Source: Octopus bimaculoides
Lineage: Eukaryota
Assembly: GCF_001194135.2 (NCBI RefSeq)
Contig: NC_069005.1
Coordinates: forward strand, 9,350,132-9,385,924
Direction of reading: 5' to 3'
Length of the DNA stretch: 35,793 nt
Below the pieces are notes generated by a model. The model was given only the letters and a program-made list of their open reading frames with translations. It made no database searches and had not been told where the DNA came from. This document shows positions 24,543-35,201 of this stretch, one piece after another (within the stretch, counting starts at the first letter, position 1; every line of letters begins with the position of its first letter). A program made the translations under genes and the position numbers.

Positions 24543-24856
24543 TGTATGTATGTATGTATGTAGAAGGCTGAAAAGGAACACACGAGTTAATATGAAAAGG
24601 AAAAAAAGTCAAGGTAGAAAATGCTAAAATAATTCAATCACAGTAGACGTTTTAGTACTGGTTTCAGTCATTGAAACTTTTTCAACTCTAAGTATGGAAA
24701 ATAATTAAATTTGGGAAAAATTAAATGGAAAGTCTTTTTTGAAAGAATATTTGCATAGTATTCAAATACAAGGAGCATTTTCCTTGTTTCTGAAACTGGT
24801 ACTAAAATGTTCTTTATGATAAAATTATCTTAGCATTTTCTACCTTGACTTTTTCC

Positions 24857-24887
<31 letters not shown>

Positions 24888-24907
24888 TACACACAGGCAC
24901 ATGTATC

Positions 24908-25346
24908 TTTATTCTTTTACTTGTTTTAGTCATTGGACTGCAGCCCTACTGGGGAACCACCTTGAAGGGTCTTAGCTGGGCCAATGAAACCCAAAACTTT
25001 TTTCTTTAGACTGGTACTTAATCTGTTGGTTGGCTTTTGCTGTACCAAAACACAAAATTATGGGGATGTAAAGAAGCAAGCACTAATGGGGTACAGTCAC
25101 AGTACACATTTATATACACATAGATATGGACACATATACATACAAGCATACACATATACGCACATACATACATGCATACACATGGGTCTTCTTTCAGTTT
25201 CTGTGTATCAATTCCCCCCACAAGGCATTGGTTATTGTGGGGGTTTTCCTAGAAGACACTTGCCCAAGATACTGCCCAGGAGAATTGAACCTAAGACCAC
25301 AGTGTTAGGGATTAAGCTTCTAACTCACACAGCCATACCTGCACCT
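24908..25346 (-). mobile_element. SINE family A, old full-length copy
   Basis: Reverse complement shows the head (...CACACAGCC), AGAAGACACTTGCCCAAG, CTTCTTTCAGTTTC and the tail CTTTTACTTGTTTTAGTCATTGGACTGC. Confidence 0.8.
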
Positions 25347-25737
25347 GTATATATGCCTATACATACATCTATACACTGATGCATATATACACACATATAT
25401 ACATTCAAACCTATATATATATCCATATATAAATGTGTATATACTCAGAAAGAAAAAGAGTTGGAAAACTTTTATCTGATACAACTGTCAGTTCTATTCT
25501 ATTTCATTTTTCTCTCTTGTCCTATTTTTTTCCTTCTTTCTTACTTTTTCGTCTAAATCTTTATTTTATTATTATTTTTTTTTTTATAGAATATTCATAC
25601 TTTTCTTTTTACTTAAATTCTTCATTTGAAAATGTTTGCTATGTTAAATAGTAACTTTTTCTTTCTTGAAATTCTACTCCATACTTAGCTTTATTATTTG
25701 TTATTTACTACACATCCCCCCCCTTTTTTTTTTCATT

Positions 25738-25894
25738 TTAGTTCGAATACTGGCACTATTATTATCATCATCATTATTATTATTATTATTATTATTATTT
25801 AGTTCAAATACTGGCACTATTATTATTATTATCATTATTATTATTATTATTATTATTTAGTTCAAATACTGGCACTATTATTATTATTATTATT
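25738..25894. repeat. Composite minisatellite [TTAGTTCRAATACTGGCAC(TAT)n] x3, running into a gap
   Basis: Units start at 25738, 25799 and 25857. Confidence 0.9.
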
Positions 25895-26867
25895 NNNNNN
25901 NNNNNNNNNNNNNNNNNNNNNNNNNNNNNNNNNNNNNNNNNNNNNNNNNNNNNNNNNNNNNNNNNNNNNNNNNNNNNNNNNNNNNNNNNNNNNNNNNNNN
26001 NNNNNNNNNNNNNNNNNNNNNNNNNNNNNNNNNNNNNNNNNNNNNNNNNNNNNNNNNNNNNNNNNNNNNNNNNNNNNNNNNNNNNNNNNNNNNNNNNNNN
26101 NNNNNNNNNNNNNNNNNNNNNNNNNNNNNNNNNNNNNNNNNNNNNNNNNNNNNNNNNNNNNNNNNNNNNNNNNNNNNNNNNNNNNNNNNNNNNNNNNNNN
26201 NNNNNNNNNNNNNNNNNNNNNNNNNNNNNNNNNNNNNNNNNNNNNNNNNNNNNNNNNNNNNNNNNNNNNNNNNNNNNNNNNNNNNNNNNNNNNNNNNNNN
26301 NNNNNNNNNNNNNNNNNNNNNNNNNNNNNNNNNNNNNNNNNNNNNNNNNNNNNNNNNNNNNNNNNNNNNNNNNNNNNNNNNNNNNNNNNNNNNNNNNNNN
26401 NNNNNNNNNNNNNNNNNNNNNNNNNNNNNNNNNNNNNNNNNNNNNNNNNNNNNNNNNNNNNNNNNNNNNNNNNNNNNNNNNNNNNNNNNNNNNNNNNNNN
26501 NNNNNNNNNNNNNNNNNNNNNNNNNNNNNNNNNNNNNNNNNNNNNNNNNNNNNNNNNNNNNNNNNNNNNNNNNNNNNNNNNNNNNNNNNNNNNNNNNNNN
26601 NNNNNNNNNNNNNNNNNNNNNNNNNNNNNNNNNNNNNNNNNNNNNNNNNNNNNNNNNNNNNNNNNNNNNNNNNNNNNNNNNNNNNNNNNNNNNNNNNNNN
26701 NNNNNNNNNNNNNNNNNNNNNNNNNNNNNNNNNNNNNNNNNNNNNNNNNNNNNNNNNNNNNNNNNNNNNNNNNNNNNNNNNNNNNNNNNNNNNNNNNNNN
26801 NNNNNNNNNNNNNNNNNNNNNNNNNNNNNNNNNNNNNNNNNNNNNNNNNNNNNNNNNNNNNNNNNNN

Positions 26868-26898
<31 letters not shown>

Positions 26899-26999
26899 CG
26901 TGCGGGTGGCAATGGGGTAGGGGTTGGGTGTGTGTGAAGGACAAGATGGGGAGGTTCTAGTCGACTGAATACACTCCCCCATCCCCACCCTCCAGTACT

Positions 27000-27300
27000 G
27001 ATCGTGATGGTGGTGGTGGTTGTAGTGGAGATAGTGTTGGAGGTGACAGTAGGGGTGACAGTAGGAGGTGACAATCGTGGAGATAGTGGTGTTTGTGCTT
27101 GTTTTGGTAATAGTAGCGATGGTAGTAATAATAGGGGTGGTGGCGGTGATGGTAACAATGAAGGTGGTGGTGATGGTGCTAGTGATGAAGGTGGTGGTGG
27201 CAGTGATGGTGACAGTGTTGTTGTTGTTGATGGTGGTGATGATGATGGCAGTGGTAGTGGAGGAGGTGACGTAGTAATGATGGAGGCACAGGTGATGTAA
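27000..27300. repeat. (GGT/GAT)-rich low-complexity block
   Basis: Direct reading. Confidence 0.85.
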
Positions 27301-27668
27301 TGAGAACAATGGTTGGAAGATGCCAAGAACCATTTTGGAGAAGGAGGTTCTCATTGAAGAAAGCATACAATTATTGGGCTGCAAGAATGGCGGCACTGGA
27401 TGGACAGCTTCGTACTGGCACTGCTCACTCATCGACCCTCATCTCGTCAGCCATCTCGTCCATGCCATCACCACACTTCCATACACTCAATTCTACTTCT
27501 CTGGAATCGCCCATCCTCTGAAATTCCATGCCCTTGCATGACTTCTCTCAGCATCCATCAATGTGCAATGGTTCAAGACAAACGTTAATTGCGTCACTCT
27601 TATTGTTTGAGAAGACCTGTGAAGTTCCTACGAAGGTCCTGGCTCCATTCACTATGAATATATATAAA

Positions 27669-27705
<37 letters not shown>

Positions 27706-29084
27706 TAAACCTTGGGAGAGGCATTATGCCGGTAATAAACACACGCACTGGTTCAGTCCTTTATTAATTTATATGGTTTTTTGTTAAATTATTTCATTGC
27801 ACTCTTGCAATCTCTTCAGTAACTTGTCTCTCCACTTCCATTTATTTTGAATATATGATCTAGCGTTGTTTTGGCGTTGTTTCGAAACTGTTTGGTATGA
27901 GCATGTGAGTGTGTGCAAGCTCGTANNNNNNNNNNNNNNNNNNNNNNNNNNNNNNNNNNNNNNNNNNNNNNNNNNNNNNNNNNNNNNNNNNNNNNNNNNN
28001 NNNNNNNNNNNNNNNNNNNNNNNNNNNNNNNNNNNNNNNNNNNNNNNNNNNNNNNNNNNNNNNNNNNNNNNNNNNNNNNNNNNNNNNNNNNNNNNNNNNN
28101 NNNNNNNNNNNNNNNNNNNNNNNNNNNNNNNNNNNNNNNNNNNNNNNNNNNNNNNNNNNNNNNNNNNNNNNNNNNNNNNNNNNNNNNNNNNNNNNNNNNN
28201 NNNNNNNNNNNNNNNNNNNNNNNNNNNNNNNNNNNNNNNNNNNNNNNNNNNNNNNNNNNNNNNNNNNNNNNNNNNNNNNNNNNNNNNNNNNNNNNNNNNN
28301 NNNNNNNNNNNNNNNNNNNNNNNNNNNNNNNNNNNNNNNNNNNNNNNNNNNNNNNNNNNNNNNNNNNNNNNNNNNNNNNNNNNNNNNNNNNNNNNNNNNN
28401 NNNNNNNNNNNNNNNNNNNNNNNNNNNNNNNNNNNNNNNNNNNNNNNNNNNNNNNNNNNNNNNNNNNNNNNNNNNNNNNNNNNNNNNNNNNNNNNNNNNN
28501 NNNNNNNNNNNNNNNNNNNNNNNNNNNNNNNNNNNNNNNNNNNNNNNNNNNNNNNNNNNNNNNNNNNNNNNNNNNNNNNNNNNNNNNNNNNNNNNNNNNN
28601 NNNNNNNNNNNNNNNNNNNNNNNNNNNNNNNNNNNNNNNNNNNNNNNNNNNNNNNNNNNNNNNNNNNNNNNNNNNNNNNNNNNNNNNNNNNNNNNNNNNN
28701 NNNNAAAGTTGACATATATATACAAAAACTCAACTGTGAATTTTTTGTGAAGATTGTTAACAGATACTATATTGTTTTGCCAAATTTTTGGTGTAAAAAA
28801 ATATATTTAAATATATATATATATATATATATATTTATCAATTCGTTTTGAAAGATTCCTGATGTGAAATCGTGTGTTGAAACAGATATTGTTGTATTTC
28901 AGGATGGTCATTTTTTTTTTTTTTTTTTACCAAATAAACACATGTACTGTATATTTTTTCTTCACTCATTTATTACTGTTCTTAATATTTTCCATTGTCC
29001 GGAATTCTTTCTTCCCACATCTGTGACCTCTTCGGCGACTCTTTTCATTTATGTGCGTGTTCTTACTCCACTCACTCTATTCTA

Positions 29085-29186
29085 ATGGGACCGAGTGCAG
29101 CTCTCCTGTTTGCCACCTCTGGTCAAACCGTCCAACTCATGTCAGCATCGAAAACGGATGTTAAATGATGATGATGATGATGATGA
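29085..29186 (+). mobile_element. RTE-type 3' tail fragment
   Basis: CAAACCGTCCAACTCATGTCAGCATCGAAAACGGATGTTAAATGATGATG. Confidence 0.75.
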
Positions 29187-29197
29187 GGGTATATATT

Positions 29198-29409
29198 TGT
29201 GTTTGTCCCATCACCACTTGACGACCGCCAGTGTTGGTTTGTTTACATCCCTGTGACTCAGCACTTCATTAAAAGACTGATAGAATAACCAGCAGACTTC
29301 AAAAATAATAATAATAATAATAAGTACTGGTTTTGATTTGTAGAACTAAAACTCTTCGAGGTGTAGCTCCAGCATGGCCGCAGCCCCACTACTGACACAA
29401 GGAAAAAAG
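29198..29409 (+). mobile_element. SINE family A 3' half with an (AAT)n expansion
   Basis: Aligns to 10010-10200 (TGTTTACATCCC...GATAGAATAA...CTCCAGCATGGCCGCAG). Confidence 0.75.
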
Positions 29410-29899
29410 ATGATAGACTGCAATTGCAGAAGTGGTTTCGTATTGGTTAGCCTACCTGCTTGTCCCCCAGCTTTACCCCACCACAGAGAAAGGCATCAAT
29501 TCCACAACATCACATTTGCTTCCCTGTGTATTCCGGCTCTCATGGAAATGACTTACCCTTTTATATTTCAACGATCCTCATCCTCCTCCTCCTTCCTGCA
29601 TCACCATTGCCCTCCTCCTCCCTCTCCTCTTCATCATCATCGTCATCGTCAACATAATAGTTGCTTAGCATTTCGGTCAGAGTTGCTTTGTTAGTATTAC
29701 ACGTATGTGTGTGCACATGTATATTTATCTGTGTAAGTGTGTGTGTGTGTGTTGTGTATGCATTTGTATGTGTGTGTGTGTGTGTGTGATGATGTGTGAA
29801 CGTTTATGTGTTTATGTATGCATGTGATGTATGCGTGAATATATGACTTCATATATATTTCTGCATATGCATACCTGAAGTACAAATATATGCTTTGCA

Positions 29900-30130
29900 A
29901 TGGGCACACACACACACATTTATACTCACACACATACATGCACGCACATTCATAGTCACCCATGCACCCACACATACGCATTTATAATTACCCATGCACA
30001 CACACATATAATCACACTTGCTTCCACACACATTCATTTTCACACACACACACACATTCATACTTATTCATATGCATATATTCATACACGCACATTCATA
30101 GTTACACATGCACACACACAAACACACACA

Positions 30131-30161
<31 letters not shown>

Positions 30162-30597
30162 GCGTTCATCCACACATATTCAGAAACACACACACACACG
30201 TTCATACTTACACATACACGTGCATTCATAGTTACACATGCACACACACACACACACATTCATCCACACATATTCAGAAACACACACATTTATTTTCACA
30301 AACACACATTTATTTTCACACACACACACACACACGCGTTCATACTTACACATACACATGCATTCATAGTCACACATGCACACACACACACATTCATCCA
30401 CACATATTCAGAAACACACATTTATTTTCACACACACACACATTCATACTTACACATACACATGCATTCATAGTCACACATGAGCACACACACACACACA
30501 CACACACACACATTCATCCACACATATTCAGAAACACGCATTCATAGTTACACATGCACACACACACATTCATAATTACACACGCACACACACGCAC

Positions 30598-30650
<53 letters not shown>
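29900..30650. repeat. Modular CA-derived minisatellite
   Basis: Recurring modules TTCATACTTACACATACACATGCATTCATAGTTACACATG, TTCATCCACACATATTCAGAAAC and ATTTATTTTCAC separated by (CA)n. Confidence 0.9.
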
Positions 30651-30769
30651 CCTATGCCTATATCTGCTACATTCAATTAAAATGTATTAGTAAAATATGC
30701 ATTGTTCAACATGTAATCATTGGTAAATGCCAAAGTTGCATTGAGAGAGTGGGAGTGTGTGTGTGTGTA

Positions 30770-30810
<41 letters not shown>

Positions 30811-31243
30811 ATAAAAGAATAGTGGGGTGGTGGTTGGGAAAGAGAGAGAGGAAGTGAGGGAGAGGAGAGTTTGAAAGAGTGGAGGAGACAGGCAGTGTGT
30901 GAAAGAGTGTGGATAGGGAGAGGCAGAAAATACGAGATGATGAGAGTGAGGGGGGATGGGGAAGGAGGGAGAGAGAAAGAGACAAAGAATGGGGTTGCAG
31001 GGATAGAGGAGAGAAAGAAGGGCTAGCATAGAGAGAGAGATAGTGAGAGGGAGAGAAAGTGAGAGAAACATTGAATAACAAAGAATTTGGAGAAGGGACA
31101 GAGAGAGAGAGAGAAAGAAACGAAGAATGTAAAAGGGCAGAGAGAGGGAGAGAGGGAGAGGGAGAGAGAGAGAGAAAGAATGGGGTTGCAGGGAGAGAGA
31201 GAGTGAGAGAAACATTGAGTGACAAAGAATGTGGAGTAGGGAC

Positions 31244-31278
<35 letters not shown>

Positions 31279-31570
31279 AAGAATGGGATAGCATAGAGAG
31301 AAAGGGAGAGAGAGAGATATAGTGAGAGAGACATTGAGTGACAAAGAATATGGAATAGGGACAGAGAGAGGAGGAGGAGAGAGAGAGAAAGAGAGTCAAG
31401 AGCAGGAGACAGACAGACAGACAGACGGAGAGAAAAACTAGTGAGATAGGGAAAGAAAGAACAATGGAACAGGGCAAGTGATTAAGATAGGGAGGGAGAC
31501 AATAAGGGGACAAAAAATGTGAGCAGAGAGAAGGCAGAGAGAGAGAGAATAAGAGAGAGAAAGAATGAGA
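30770..31570. repeat. GA-rich polypurine tract of about 800 bp with three ~120-145-bp imperfect repeats
   Basis: GAGA(A)ACATTGA.T.ACAAAGAAT.TGGA..AGGGACAGAGAG near 31061, 31204 and 31324. Confidence 0.85.
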
Positions 31571-31940
31571 GAAATGGAGATGGAAAATGCGAGATGTGTG
31601 CAGTTGTGTGTGCAGTTGTGTGTGCAGTTGCGGCAAACTCTGACTCTAATTGCATTATCTTATTATATTCTGGTGCCTTTGTTGCAACTGATCTCCCGGC
31701 CTATATATATTAGAGTTGTTACTGCTGTTGTTGATGTTGGTGATGATGATGATGATGATGGTTGTGATGTTGATAATAATAATAATGGTGGTGGCAGTGG
31801 TTGGCGGCGGTGGTGGTGGTGGTGGTGGTGGCAGTGGCCCCCCCCATTGTCAAGTCAATGTCAAAATAATAATAATAATAATAATCCTCATTATCAGAGT
31901 TTTATGTCTATTTTATGATGATGATGATGATGATGATGAT

Positions 31941-32393
31941 GATAATCCTTTCTGCTGAAGAACACAAGGCCTGAAATTTGGGAGGCGAGGGAGGACAATA
32001 CGATTGCATCGGAACCCAGTGTTTTACTGGTACTTAATTTATTGACCTCAAAAAGGATGAGAACCAAAGTCGACCTTGGCACAATTTGAACTCAGAATGT
32101 AAAGACAGACAAAATGACATTAAGCATTTTGCCTGGTGTGCTAATAATAATAATAATAATAACAATAGCAGCAACAGCAATCCTTTCTGTTGTAAGTACA
32201 AGACATGAAATTTATGGGAAGGGTGATAGTTGATTACATTGACCCCAGAACGTAACTGGTACTTATTTTATTGACCTGGAAAGGATGTAAGGCAAAGTCG
32301 ACCTTTGCAGAATTTGGACTCAGAACTTGAAGGTGGAGAAAAATCGCCACTGAGCATTTCATCTTGTGTGCTAACGACTCTGCCAGTTTGCTG
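31941..32393 (-). mobile_element. Two tandem SINE family B copies (31941-32144, 32179-32393) separated by (AAT)n
   Basis: Both align to 22937-23152. Confidence 0.85.
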
Positions 32394-32448
32394 TCCAAAT
32401 AATAATAATAATAATAGTAATAATAATAATGATAATAATAATAATAAT

Positions 32449-32905
32449 GCAAATATTCTGCTCAATGCCACAGATTTGCTTGTTATTTGTTTGACCATAA
32501 CTAGTTGAGAATGTCCGTTGGTGGCTGACGATATGGGCATCTCTGATCACGAGCCGTAGCAGTGGGTGAGCATCATAGCCATGTGTTGAGAGGAATTCTT
32601 TGGGGTTTGGGTAATTCACCTCTGGAAACCTAGGGATTTTGTCCAACATCCTTAATACAACCCTTATTCAGGTTCTTTTTGAGCAGGCTGAGCTACTCAA
32701 CCTGAAGAAAATTCTAACTGGGCCCCACCTGCGAGGTCATGCACTGTTAACCTTGATATGAGATCACCATGATATGCACATATGGTTGCAATGCATGTGC
32801 TTGGTGTACTCTTATCAGACGGGTAGTCATGATGGGTACACTGGCCTTCGTATATTTTACCCCAATGTCACTTTGATGGCATGCACTGCTCTCTCACTCA
32901 ATAAT
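32449..32905 (+). mobile_element. Probable 3' region of a non-LTR retrotransposon ending CTCTCTCACTC(AAT)n
   Basis: Single high-complexity block flanked by (AAT)n on both sides. No ORF recognised; repeat status is from recall only. Confidence 0.5.
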
Positions 32906-32914
32906 AATAATAGT

Positions 32915-33040
32915 AATAAGTTTTTCTACTAAAGTTGTGAGGCCTGAAATTCTGCTGGGAGAGGTTAGTCAATTACATTGACCCATGCCACCATTACTCA
33001 ACTGGTACTTACCTGAAAGGGAAAAGGTGAAGTCAACCTC
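32915..33040 (-). mobile_element. SINE family B partial copy with an internal deletion
   Basis: AGGCCTGAAATT...GTCAATTACATTGACCC...CAACTGGTACTTA joined directly to CCTGAAAGG...AAGTCAACCTC. Confidence 0.7.
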
Positions 33041-33139
33041 ATGGCTCTTTTCATCCTTCCTGCAAGCACTTGCTCAGGGTAATATATCTAGGTCTTACCT
33101 GTAGCTTCATGCATGGTTGTGTTAGGTGCAAAAACGACC

Positions 33140-33262
33140 TTGTGGTTAAGAAGCTTGCTTTCAAATTCTGTGGTTTTAGGTTCAGTTCCAAAGTGCGTCA
33201 CCTTGATCAAGTGTCTTCTACTTTCGCCCCAGGCTGATCAAAGCCTTGGGAGTAGATTTGCG
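33140..33262 (+). mobile_element. SINE family A head
   Basis: TGTGGTTAAGAAGCTTGCTT...GGTTCAGTTCC...CACCTTGATCAAGTGTCTTCTAC...CAAAGCCTTG. Confidence 0.8.
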
Positions 33263-33323
33263 AACCTAACTTTTTAACCATACACCCATCCCCCCTCACC
33301 ACCTATATGTGTCTAGGTATCTT

Positions 33324-33374
<51 letters not shown>

Positions 33375-33382
33375 ACGGGCGC

Positions 33383-33516
33383 GCATGTGCCTGGGTAGTG
33401 GTTAGAGTATTCAGCACATGATCATAAGGTTCTGAGATCAATTACCAGTGAGGTATTGTGTCCTTGAGCAAGACACTTTATTTTACGTTGCTCCAATCCA
33501 CTCAGCTGGCAAAAAT
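33383..33516 (+). mobile_element. SINE family D head, truncated by the gap
   Basis: TAGTGGTTAGAG...GTCCTTGAGCAAGACACTTTATTTTACGTTGCTCCAATCCACTCAGCTGGCAAAAAT. Confidence 0.85.
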
Positions 33517-34210
33517 NNNNNNNNNNNNNNNNNNNNNNNNNNNNNNNNNNNNNNNNNNNNNNNNNNNNNNNNNNNNNNNNNNNNNNNNNNNNNNNNNNNN
33601 NNNNNNNNNNNNNNNNNNNNNNNNNNNNNNNNNNNNNNNNNNNNNNNNNNNNNNNNNNNNNNNNNNNNNNNNNNNNNNNNNNNNNNNNNNNNNNNNNNNN
33701 NNNNNNNNNNNNNNNNNNNNNNNNNNNNNNNNNNNNNNNNNNNNNNNNNNNNNNNNNNNNNNNNNNNNNNNNNNNNNNNNNNNNNNNNNNNNNNNNNNNN
33801 NNNNNNNNNNNNNNNNNNNNNNNNNNNNNNNNNNNNNNNNNNNNNNNNNNNNNNNNNNNNNNNNNNNNNNNNNNNNNNNNNNNNNNNNNNNNNNNNNNNN
33901 NNNNNNNNNNNNNNNNNNNNNNNNNNNNNNNNNNNNNNNNNNNNNNNNNNNNNNNNNNNNNNNNNNNNNNNNNNNNNNNNNNNNNNNNNNNNNNNNNNNN
34001 NNNNNNNNNNNNNNNNNNNNNNNNNNNNNNNNNNNNNNNNNNNNNNNNNNNNNNNNNNNNNNNNNNNNNNNNNNNNNNNNNNNNNNNNNNNNNNNNNNNN
34101 NNNNNNNNNNNNNNNNNNNNNNNNNNNNNNNNNNNNNNNNNNNNNNNNNNNNNNNNNNNNNNNNNNNNNNNNNNNNNNNNNNNNNNNNNNNNNNNNNNNN
34201 NNNNNNNNNN

Positions 34211-34239
<29 letters not shown>

Positions 34240-34241
<2 letters not shown>

Positions 34242-34362
34242 CTGTAGAAACCATTCCACAACAGATAGTTGAATTCTGGACAGCACCCTGGTAGCAAGTT
34301 ACATGCCAAACCACCCAACCCATACCAGCAAGAAAAGAGGACGCTAAATGATGATGATGATG
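34240..34362 (+). mobile_element. RTE-type 3' tail fragment
   Basis: AGCTGTAGAAAC...CCAACCCATACCAGCAAGAAAAGAGGACGCTAAATGATGATG; reverse-complement similarity to 6159-6285. Confidence 0.7.
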
Positions 34363-34860
34363 ATTATGATGACGACAACAATGACAAAGAGTAGAAGTGT
34401 GAAGCAGTGATGTGTATACAATCTTGTTACTTGTTCAAATATGCTTGGAGCATATTTCCGAACCATGACAAAGCATGGTGAATAGCTTTCTTACGGGTTC
34501 AAGTGTGCCTCAAGCATGTTTGAATTGGTAACGAGCTGGTGTGTGTGTGTGTGTGTGTCAATTTAGATGTTTTCTACTGATATTTTTGTTCTTGTGTGTG
34601 AATGTTTTCTTTTTGCAGACGTTTAATTCCGTCCTGTATATATATTTTGTATGCAGATCTATGGTCGATACTTTTGAATATCCAATGTTTATTGAATTCT
34701 CTTGGGAGGAATTATCTTCTTCCTCATCTGCAAACTTCTGGCAAATGTGTTATACACCAGCCAAGCTAGAATAGTACTTTGTCTCGCACACACTCATGTA
34801 TATATGTATATATATANNNNNNNNNNATATATATATATATATATATATACATATATATAC

Positions 34861-35094
34861 TCTTTACTCTTTTCACTTATTTGACTGTGGCCATGCTGGA
34901 GCACCGCCTTTCGTTGAGCTATTCGACCCCAGAACTTATTCTTTGTAAGCCTAGTACTTACTCTATTGGTCTCTTTTGCCGAACCGCTAAATTACGGGAA
35001 CGTAAACCACCAGCATCAGTTGTCAAGCGATGTTGCGGGGACAGACACACAAACACATACACACATACATATACATATATACGATGGGCTTCTT
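34861..35094 (-). mobile_element. SINE family A, 5'-truncated and well preserved
   Basis: Reverse complement is highly similar to 9960-10213. Confidence 0.9.
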
Positions 35095-35100
35095 ATATAC

Positions 35101-35201
35101 GACAAGTTTTCTAAGCCCTGTAAAAGAACTTGAAGGGTTTGGCGTCAAGCCATGCCTTTCCTGATATTCTTAAAACCAGGAACTTTTCATTACCCAACCC
35201 A
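35101..35201 (-). mobile_element. Mariner-like element stub (one TIR-like end plus a transposase C-terminal remnant)
   Basis: Minus strand: TA then TGGGTTGGGTAATGAAAAGTTCCTGGTTT. Translation KAWLDAKPFKFF, then LQGLENL after a frameshift, resembles the mariner transposase C-terminal W-L-x-x-x-P-x-x-F-F/Y-x-x-G-I/L-x-K-L pattern. Confidence 0.5.

Noticed and set aside
25738-25894. CRISPR-like repeat-spacer appearance
   Set aside because: The 'spacers' are (TAT)n microsatellite, the context is eukaryotic and there are no cas genes.
28960-29045. Minus small ORF MKRVAEEVTDVGRKNSGQWKILRTVINE*
   Set aside because: 28 aa, with no splice or homology support; compatible with chance.
32700-32712. CTGAAGA as a further hammerhead core
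   Set aside because: No stem II, GAAA or cleavage triplet follows in register.
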